Below are positions 1 through 6,748 of a stretch of 64,000 bases of DNA, one piece after another; the stretch's first letter is position 1; every line of letters starts with the position of its first letter. The stretch is taken from positions 32,001 through 96,000 of IMG/VR virus record IMGVR_UViG_3300009031_000221; one strand, given 5' to 3'. The notes beneath the pieces were generated by a model. It did not search any database, was not told the DNA's origin, and worked only from the letters and a program-made list of their open reading frames with translations. Source of the stretch: a virus. Lineage: Duplodnaviria; Caudoviricetes. Both the position numbers and the translations under genes were made by a program.

Positions 1-3000
1 TCCCTTGCCGCTGTGCTTGCGGCATAGGACAAAGTTGTTACCGTTGATGAAGTCCCGGGCAAAACCAAATACCGTGCAAACTACAACGAATTGAAAGTCC
101 TCAAACGCATGCGGGGACGTTCCATATTGAAGCGCCCTTGTCAAGTCCAGAACATTCGATGGGACGATATAGGTATGGTCACCCGTTTGTTGCGGCCCTC
201 CCAGAGGAGACGTTATATCCTGCGCTCCATCCCGAAGGATGAACAAGGTTTGGCTATCCACGTCCTCTCGTAGGAGGTTCGGAGCAGCATCATTGTCCGC
301 GCCCCAACGATTGTTGACATCGATGGTACGCCCGCCCTTGGTCACGAAGTCCCGGTAGTCATACACCCCAATGAGGCGTGCCACACCGTAGTAAGGGGGC
401 AACTGAATACCCTTAAGTCCACGACCGAAATCCGATGAGTTCACTGCAGCCAAACTGTCAATGACATTCTGAGCATACGGGACAACATTGTTGATACTAG
501 TGGTCTTGCGTGCCGCAATGTAGGGCTGATTGTTCGTGCCAACAGTGGTCGTACCGTGGTGTGCATATGTTGCCAAACCCGTCACAAACAACATATTCTT
601 GACTTGGTTTCCGCCAGTCGGGTTGTCTTCCCCACCAATGACATTGAACACAGGTCGCGTCACATCTTCCCTATCCAGGAACAAGTGATTGATACCAGGC
701 ATGAAGGGCTGGGGGGATTCCCCTATGTACTTGTAGTATGGAATATCCTGCCTGCCGAAGCGAGGCATGAATTCGTAAGGAACCGCAAAGCCCATCTTCT
801 TGCCGTCCGCGGGCGTCCCTGTAAATATTTGATTGCAGTCCTTGGCCCCACCATCCGTATATGTATACGGACCCATAAGAGATTGCGGCAAGAAACCCGT
901 GAAATCCGTAGCATCCAAAGTCATATCCCGGCTTCGGAATGGCCGGAAAATGATAGTCTTGCTACCACGGTCTACGAACAACTCGTGTTCGCGGTCTTGC
1001 TCCGTGAACCCGACAACGTTACCCCCATAGTTAGGGGCGAACGGTGCGTGCCAACCGAGACCGGGCAAACGATTCCACAACTGGACATGATTTGCATTCC
1101 AGAACATTTCGCCGGCGGGGCCAGGGAATGTCGGGTCTACCGCAATGGGGCTCTGCCGTAGGTAGGGCCCGTCAGAAGGGACGCTGCCGACACGGGCAAA
1201 ACGTACCAATTCATCTGCCACACGTGCCGTTGCCCCATGTCCCGGATGGTACATGAAGGTCGTGTTGAGGATCATCTTGTTCGGGACACCTGACGCAGGT
1301 AGAGATAGGTCATATCCATCAACGGCACCGAATCCCAAGTATTCTTTCTTCCACGGATGCTCCGTCAATCCGGCTACGTCCGTCAGGACAACAGCTACAT
1401 CAGCCCAACGGCTAGGGTTGTATACCGACAAATCCTCGGAATGGGTGTATTGCGATCGAAATTCAATCGTGACAGCCCCACCAGAAGCCGAATTGAAACC
1501 CCCCGTCGTAAATCCAGGACTCAATGCCTGAACTACAATACCTGTGGATATAGGGGCATTCTTATTTGTATAACCTGCGGTCATACCCGCCCCGATAACC
1601 TTGAATGCTCCGTTGTTATTCTGGGCCCCTGCGGCATCGTCCCCATATAGAACAACATAGACTTCCGATGATGCCCCCGTGCTATCCCTACCCCCATCTG
1701 TCAACATCCCGTATAGGGTCTTGAGGTCGTGGAACAAGGGATTGGTAATCAGGGTCGGATCATCCTGGAAATTACCCGCGATATCCTTGCTGAACCAATT
1801 AACATTATCAAAATCGACGCCGACATCGATATATCCAATAGCATTAGGGATATCTACGTCGAACAACTTCGTCGCAAGAATATTCGTCATCCGCAGGCTC
1901 GTGTGCAGGATGCTGCCAAGGACAACGAATGGGCGTTCGAAGTTGGTCTCCCGCCAAGGATACATCGGCCCAACGTGACGGGCGGCATCAATAGCTGATA
2001 GTCCCGGAGGCGCCGCTTCTAATCCACGTTGCTGCACAAAACGCAACGATACAGGATTCTGATTACCATTGGCGGGATCCACAATGGGGTATCCCGTCTT
2101 CCAGTACTCCTTGGGGGTCACAAGGCGAACCCCACGAGTACCAGAATCCTTGAATGTGCCACGAACACCCTGATTGCCGAACTCGCCGCCTGTAAACAGA
2201 AGAATACTCGAACCATCGGTCCAGTTTGTCCCGCCTACGTCATTCATGAATCCTGATGGGTGGAAGTCCGGGCCTACATCCCAAGTCACGTTCACGTCAA
2301 ATGGATCTGTAGTTATCCCAACCGTACCCTGATCCTGTGTAGCCTCATTGTCACACATGATTGTTACATCAGTCTGCAACGCTGCTGCGTCTGACCACAC
2401 CGTACGAATACCATCGGGCCCATCTACTCGAGTGGTGTAATTCGGAGTCGCAATAGCACTGCCAGCCAACAACGAATCAACCTCATGGATAACGGGTCCA
2501 ATGGTCGTGCCCTTGGATTCCTGCTTCCATGCAGACTTGAGCGTGCCCTTTGTCAATGCAGCTACGTTATGTGCCAATAGACGATTGTAATCCCAATCCT
2601 GGGCATTGATGGCATGACGGAGATCCAACACGTCCTGACGGGCAATCTCGTCCGCAAACAAACCATCGGGACGGTTGTTGTAGAACTTGATGGGTGCCCC
2701 TAGGAGATGACCTGCTGCGGCAGTACCAAATCTACCACGCCCGCCAGCGGGGATTGTGATATCCCCCGTGTTAGTATCCACAGCACTGACACCAACAATT
2801 TCATTGTCAATGACCAGGAACACATGAGACAAATCCGCCTGCATATAAGGGTCATCCAAACCAGATGCACCTAATAGCAATGGGTCTGTATGGATTACCA
2901 AATCCGTTGACAACATAATGCTTGTCAATAGCGGAGTCTGGAGTTCACGTGACGTAGGGTTCGGAGCATGTGTTGCCATCGGCATACGGTCGAATGAACC

Positions 3001-3903
3001 ATTGTGCGTTGGATTGCCCCCACCATGTTGAACGGCACTGTAGTCATTCGACCCACGGCGGAAGATGGCACAAACAGGAATGGCATATACATAGCCATCT
3101 ACCGTGCCGAATGAATTGTCTGGGTCTCCGTTGCCCGCACGCCACAGAGAAGGATCCCCAAGCTCCGTCCGCATATTCTCAAATGCGCCGAGTAACGCCA
3201 CGGGGCTTGCGAATGTACCCTGCCCATAGATGTAGGGATCTCCCAAACCATCGGGATAGACATTCAATGTTACGGTAGACCCATTGCCTACACCACCACC
3301 ATGAACACGAAGACGGTACTGAACCTGAATCCGTGCCGTAGTGTCATAACCAATGGTGGGATCCTCAAGGTCATCGTCAATATTCGTCCCGCCAAACAAA
3401 ACATTGCCATACTTGAAAATCTTCGTAGCCTCAGGCTTGTTTGCGGTAGACGGGTTTGCATCTACCCGAGTCTGCCATGCCTCTAGGAACACATAGTCAA
3501 TCCGGGTGTCAGATTCTGGAGGTGCCATGAGGCTAATGACGTTGGACAAGTCATCGATCTGCGTTCCGGCAATAGGTAGAACCCAACCGTTGACATTCGC
3601 CCAAACTACAGGCTGCGTTTCAGGAGATTCCTGCATTCCCGTTGGCGTACGAGGGTTCCCCAGACGAAAACGATTAGCCCAGTTTGGATTGAACTGGAAG
3701 TCTACATCAGCACGAGTCGGATCCATAAAGAAACCAGACGGCACCATGGTACGAACCACTTGCCGCAGGCTCTCCCAAGCCTCCAAACTCATTAGGTTTA
3801 ACTCTGAGTCCAAAGGCGGCTTGCCTTTCTGCCATACCACGGCAGAAAACTGCCGTGCGAAAGCATCCATGGGACGGGAAACACCAGGTCCGAAATCTAC
3901 CAT
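1..3903 (-). CDS. Large virion structural protein (fibre/baseplate adaptor, DUF6519-like N-terminal motif); 3'-partial, at least 1301 aa; paralogue of 15718..19212
   Basis: Not in the ORF track, as expected for a frame with no stop inside the window. ATG at 3903 with GAGG upstream; translates MVDFGPGVSRPMDAFARQFSAVVWQKGKPPLDSELNL...RIDYVFLEAW...ARIQVQYRLRV...TVDGYVYAIPVCAIFRR...RPDGLFADEIARQDVLDLRH; the frame is still open at base 1 (...ARDFINGNNFVLCRKHSGKG). Confidence 0.9.
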   Translation of the reverse strand, partial: MVDFGPGVSRPMDAFARQFSAVVWQKGKPPLDSELNLMSLEAWESLRQVVRTMVPSGFFMDPTRADVDFQFNPNWANRFRLGNPRTPTGMQESPETQPVVWANVNGWVLPIAGTQIDDLSNVISLMAPPESDTRIDYVFLEAWQTRVDANPSTANKPEATKIFKYGNVLFGGTNIDDDLEDPTIGYDTTARIQVQYRLRVHGGGVGNGSTVTLNVYPDGLGDPYIYGQGTFASPVALLGAFENMRTELGDPSLWRAGNGDPDNSFGTVDGYVYAIPVCAIFRRGSNDYSAVQHGGGNPTHNGSFDRMPMATHAPNPTSRELQTPLLTSIMLSTDLVIHTDPLLLGASGLDDPYMQADLSHVFLVIDNEIVGVSAVDTNTGDITIPAGGRGRFGTAAAGHLLGAPIKFYNNRPDGLFADEIARQDVLDLRHAINAQDWDYNRLLAHNVAALTKGTLKSAWKQESKGTTIGPVIHEVDSLLAGSAIATPNYTTRVDGPDGIRTVWSDAAALQTDVTIMCDNEATQDQGTVGITTDPFDVNVTWDVGPDFHPSGFMNDVGGTNWTDGSSILLFTGGEFGNQGVRGTFKDSGTRGVRLVTPKEYWKTGYPIVDPANGNQNPVSLRFVQQRGLEAAPPGLSAIDAARHVGPMYPWRETNFERPFVVLGSILHTSLRMTNILATKLFDVDIPNAIGYIDVGVDFDNVNWFSKDIAGNFQDDPTLITNPLFHDLKTLYGMLTDGGRDSTGASSEVYVVLYGDDAAGAQNNNGAFKVIGAGMTAGYTNKNAPISTGIVVQALSPGFTTGGFNSASGGAVTIEFRSQYTHSEDLSVYNPSRWADVAVVLTDVAGLTEHPWKKEYLGFGAVDGYDLSLPASGVPNKMILNTTFMYHPGHGATARVADELVRFARVGSVPSDGPYLRQSPIAVDPTFPGPAGEMFWNANHVQLWNRLPGLGWHAPFAPNYGGNVVGFTEQDREHELFVDRGSKTIIFRPFRSRDMTLDATDFTGFLPQSLMGPYTYTDGGAKDCNQIFTGTPADGKKMGFAVPYEFMPRFGRQDIPYYKYIGESPQPFMPGINHLFLDREDVTRPVFNVIGGEDNPTGGNQVKNMLFVTGLATYAHHGTTTVGTNNQPYIAARKTTSINNVVPYAQNVIDSLAAVNSSDFGRGLKGIQLPPYYGVARLIGVYDYRDFVTKGGRTIDVNNRWGADNDAAPNLLREDVDSQTLFILRDGAQDITSPLGGPQQTGDHTYIVPSNVLDLTRALQYGTSPHAFEDFQFVVVCTVFGFARDFINGNNFVLCRKHSGKG

Positions 3904-3919
3904 GTTCGCCTCAGTTCAA

Positions 3920-4756
3920 TCAGAACAACACTGCGTAGGTTGCGATATACCGCTTGCTCGCGGAGGTGTTCAAGAAAGCCACCCTAATCTTCGTTGTCTT
4001 CGAGCAGAATGCTATGGACTCCAATAGTCCCGCTTGGCACCATGTCGTTCCATTATCAGGAGACAAATAGGCAGAGAACCCACTAGGTTCCTGATCGCAT
4101 TCCTTGATCGTCCTAATCGCAGGGTCATTGGTCAGGTTATGAGCGACATCATTGGAGATATCAAACTCGTAAAGCTTCCAATACATAACGAACTCATCGG
4201 CGCCAACCGGGTCACCTGAAAATGGATCCAGTGTGTATGCCCCGATGTCAATCTCCTTGGTGATAAGAAGACCAGGGTGATTCGGGAGGCTCGTCGGATG
4301 AACAGGATCCAAAGTTGGATTGATCGGGAGCAATGCTGTATGCGTTGGCATTTGCCCAGGCAAGGGGTTCAGAATCGAACGACCCGTTTGCAACCGTGGA
4401 GAGTAAATGTGAATGTTCGGAGGATCGGAGAACGTATCGCGGAATGTCGCCGTGAAATCAAGTTCCTCAACATGCGTGGAGGTCAACAACGGGTTAAAAT
4501 AGACGTTGCCGAACATCGGATACTGGGCTAACAGGTAGGCATACGAGATGCTGGATACATCGCCACCATCGCAATCCCCTAGACCATCCAATACGTAGGA
4601 GCTACTATCGATTGGGAACTCCGCGCCTTTGACTACAGGTATCGCGTACTTCCCATTAATGGGAACGGCGCCATCAGTACCAGTCGTGGGGGTGCGTTCG
4701 ACCTGAACGATCTTAGGGTCATTAGGATGGCTTTTAAGGTCTATGAGGATCCGCAT
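3920..4756 (-). CDS. Hypothetical virion structural protein (278 aa)
   Basis: Long ORF co-oriented with the tail genes, GAGG upstream, 16 nt from the next gene; C-terminus is beta-strand-like (FSAYLSPDNGTTW...TKIRVAFLN). Confidence 0.75.
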   Translation of the reverse strand: MRILIDLKSHPNDPKIVQVERTPTTGTDGAVPINGKYAIPVVKGAEFPIDSSSYVLDGLGDCDGGDVSSISYAYLLAQYPMFGNVYFNPLLTSTHVEELDFTATFRDTFSDPPNIHIYSPRLQTGRSILNPLPGQMPTHTALLPINPTLDPVHPTSLPNHPGLLITKEIDIGAYTLDPFSGDPVGADEFVMYWKLYEFDISNDVAHNLTNDPAIRTIKECDQEPSGFSAYLSPDNGTTWCQAGLLESIAFCSKTTKIRVAFLNTSASKRYIATYAVLF

Positions 4757-4798
4757 GTCTTATGATACCTCTCGTACAACGTACTCATTCACGGGGGA

Positions 4799-4805
4799 CT
4801 ATAGG
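4799..4805 (-). promoter_or_regulatory. Candidate late-promoter element CCTATAG upstream of 3920..4756
   Basis: The same heptamer occurs at 32247-32254, and related TAT-core elements occur in the other minus-strand intergenic gaps. Confidence 0.35.
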
Positions 4806-4848
4806 ATACCTAACGCCGTTCATTATACCGAAAGTTACGTTTTACAGG

Positions 4849-4876
4849 CTTACTATTCGGAAGTTCAGCGTAGATG
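4849..4876 (+). promoter_or_regulatory. Repeated bipartite promoter-like motif, copy 1: CTTACT-N11-CAGCGTAGAT
   Basis: CTTACT 4849-4854, CAGCGTAGAT 4866-4875; identical boxes and spacing in copies 2 and 3; 37 nt upstream of ATG 4912. Confidence 0.8.
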
Positions 4877-4911
4877 TTATGTGGGATGCCTAGCACCCCC
4901 AGGAGATGTCA

Positions 4912-5631
4912 ATGAAGTTCCTCAAAACCATGACCCTGGCGCTGGCCCTTTCCCTTCCCGTGCAGTCACATGCGGCGGAATCGAAGCCCGTGATCGTCGT
5001 GGCGGAAGACTTGGCACAGCAGGCCAAAGAACGCTTCAAGGCCGGGGAATTCGAAGTTGCTGCCAAGATGTTCATGAACGCTTACGCCAAGAGCCATGCC
5101 CCGGCGATGGTGTTCAACGCCGCGAGAGCCTACGAGAATGCGGGGAAGAACGGCGATGCCGCAAGCCTGTTCCGCCTCTACGTCAGCCTGTCGGATGATA
5201 CGGATGGCATGATTGAAGCCCGTCAGCATCTCGCCAAGTTGAACACGCCCTCCCCGGTCATCGTTCAGCCCCCGCAGGCACGCCCGACCCCGCGTCCAGT
5301 GGCCCCGATGGTTCCTGTTGCCGTTACCCCCGCTCCGTCGCATACGGCAGCGTGGGCGGTCACTGGAGGCGCCGCAGCGGCAGTGTTGAGCGGTGTTACC
5401 CTCATCGGCATTGCCAGTGCAGACTCGAATCAGGCCAATGCGGATTACCGTCGCACGGGGGACTTGCAGGCATACAGGAACGCCTATAGTACGTCGCAAA
5501 CCGAATGGTGGGCCGGAGTTGCCATCACGGGTGCTGGCGCGGTCCTAGGTGGCGTTTCCGTGTACATGTGGAACAAGCCCGTCACCGTCACGCCCATGGG
5601 CAAGGGAATCGCCTTCGGCGGATCTTTCTAG
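4912..5631 (+). CDS. Exported TPR-like protein with Pro-rich linker and two C-terminal hydrophobic segments (myxobacterial-type envelope protein), 239 aa
   Basis: AGGAG 6 nt before ATG 4912; signal peptide MKFLKTMTLALALSLPVQSHA; TPR-like AKERFKAGEFEVAAKMFMNAYAKSHAPAMVFNAARAYENAGKNGDAASLFRLYV; hydrophobic segments AAWAVTGGAAAAVLSGVTLIGIA and WWAGVAITGAGAVLGGVSVYMW; ends GKGIAFGGSF. Confidence 0.8.
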   Translation: MKFLKTMTLALALSLPVQSHAAESKPVIVVAEDLAQQAKERFKAGEFEVAAKMFMNAYAKSHAPAMVFNAARAYENAGKNGDAASLFRLYVSLSDDTDGMIEARQHLAKLNTPSPVIVQPPQARPTPRPVAPMVPVAVTPAPSHTAAWAVTGGAAAAVLSGVTLIGIASADSNQANADYRRTGDLQAYRNAYSTSQTEWWAGVAITGAGAVLGGVSVYMWNKPVTVTPMGKGIAFGGSF

Positions 5632-5641
5632 GGATTGATGA

Positions 5642-5669
5642 CTTACTTTGGGAGAGTTCAGCGTAGATG
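5642..5669 (+). promoter_or_regulatory. Repeated bipartite promoter-like motif, copy 2
   Basis: CTTACT 5642-5647, CAGCGTAGAT 5659-5668; begins 10 nt after the upstream stop codon. Confidence 0.8.
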
Positions 5670-5693
5670 ATGTGTACGCTGGTTGTCACATCA
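5668..5693. repeat. Perfect 7-bp inverted repeat TGATGTG-N12-CACATCA (operator-like site or 5' hairpin)
   Basis: Read directly; overlaps the 3' end of promoter copy 2. Confidence 0.55.
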
Positions 5694-5742
5694 GCGGGAT
5701 CCACATCGAAGCCGAAAAGTAGTCCCTGGGAGGGGCGTACCT

Positions 5743-6042
5743 ATGCCAAATTTTCAGCGAGTGGTGGTTGGTCTTCTGGTTCTCGTCATCATCAACCTGT
5801 TCGGGCTGCTGGTGACGGGGCATCAGGTCAATGTCAACCTGAAGAAACTGGTCGCACATAGCCCCGCACCGGAGGAACATGCCAAAAAGGGGATCGACGA
5901 GCAGATCCTGGATCTGTGGGCGGAGCAGAACGACATCCCCCTTCCACAACATGTATCAGCGGATACGATGTCCCAAAAGGAAGTGGAGGACATATTCAAC
6001 AAGCGGGGGATCGTCCCGGCATTGCCGATTTCTACGAAATGA
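5743..6042 (+). CDS. Small single-pass membrane protein, 99 aa
   Basis: GGGAGGGG 7 nt before ATG 5743 (the track start at 5683 has no RBS); N-terminal hydrophobic helix VVVGLLVLVIINLFGLLV. Confidence 0.75.
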   Translation: MPNFQRVVVGLLVLVIINLFGLLVTGHQVNVNLKKLVAHSPAPEEHAKKGIDEQILDLWAEQNDIPLPQHVSADTMSQKEVEDIFNKRGIVPALPISTK

Positions 6043-6074
6043 ACGGTTCGTATCATAAATACAGCTAAGCGTGA

Positions 6075-6101
6075 CTTACTTTTCCCATCGACAGCGTAGA
6101 T
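6075..6101 (+). promoter_or_regulatory. Repeated bipartite promoter-like motif, copy 3
   Basis: CTTACT 6075-6080, CAGCGTAGAT 6092-6101; 40 nt upstream of ATG 6141. Confidence 0.8.
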
Positions 6102-6109
6102 AGAAGGTA

Positions 6110-6126
6110 GGGCGCCTGAGGTGCCC
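6110..6126 (+). promoter_or_regulatory. 5' leader stem-loop GGGCGCC-TGA-GGTGCCC
   Basis: 7-bp stem with one G-U pair, lying between promoter copy 3 and the AAGGA RBS. Confidence 0.5.
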
Positions 6127-6140
6127 ACAAGGAACCTTCG

Positions 6141-6746
6141 ATGAACTGCCTCAAACTCGCAATGTTGCTCCTGGCCCTGACGATGCCCGCGTGCCTCGCG
6201 GAACGTCTGGATGACCCCTGCGATGCCCCCGCCAGCACCCGCCTGAAGGCGAACGGCGATGGCACGTTCCACGACAAGCTCCTGAACATCGATTGTTCGT
6301 TCTTCAAGGCGGAAGGTCACGGCAAGCTATGCTTGCCCGTGTGGACACACCAAAATGGCACCAATGGATTCGGCAACTCCGATTTCCCTGAGGCCACTGC
6401 TACGGTGAACCACCAATCATCGGATTGTCAGTCAAATCAGATATTTTGGGCCAATCAGGGGCCTTTCGGGGACTTCCCCAAGTATGGCTTCACGATGGCG
6501 TCGGCGGATTCCGTATCCGCGGTCTTCAACCTTCGTGACCCTGACCCGACAACCGTTACCAGCACAGACCCGAAGACCGGAAAAGCAACGGGAATCAGCG
6601 ATTACTATTCGACGGCAGATTGCATTGGACCGAAGACCGCAAAGGATCAACAAAACGGATTCTTCATGATTGCTGATGGACAAGCCTCCATCCCTGCGTG
6701 CCCCTACATGACAGGCCTGGGATTGTTTGCGGGCATGCCTCAGTAG
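6141..6746 (+). CDS. Putative Cys-rich lipoprotein, 201 aa
   Basis: AAGGA RBS; N-terminal MNCLKLAMLLLALTMPA-C (imperfect lipobox); motif STRLKA...FHDKLLNIDCSFFKAEGHGKLCLP; Cys-rich mature part. Confidence 0.7.
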   Translation: MNCLKLAMLLLALTMPACLAERLDDPCDAPASTRLKANGDGTFHDKLLNIDCSFFKAEGHGKLCLPVWTHQNGTNGFGNSDFPEATATVNHQSSDCQSNQIFWANQGPFGDFPKYGFTMASADSVSAVFNLRDPDPTTVTSTDPKTGKATGISDYYSTADCIGPKTAKDQQNGFFMIADGQASIPACPYMTGLGLFAGMPQ

Positions 6747-6748
6747 GA

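Noticed and set aside
91-3486. Plus-strand ORFs such as 556..1161 (201 aa)
   Set aside because: They are shadows of the long minus-strand gene 1..3903 that the track omitted; no RBS or protein-like composition.
4849-6101. The three motif copies as a CRISPR array or attachment sites
   Set aside because: They are separated by whole genes of 0.4-0.8 kb and are bipartite with a variable core; no cas or integrase gene is present.
4966-6683. Minus-strand ORFs 4966..5499, 5686..5952, 5823..6320 and 6432..6683 as a continuation of the tail operon
   Set aside because: Arg-rich, overlapping and without RBS; the plus-strand ORFs have RBSs, signal sequences and the repeated upstream motif.
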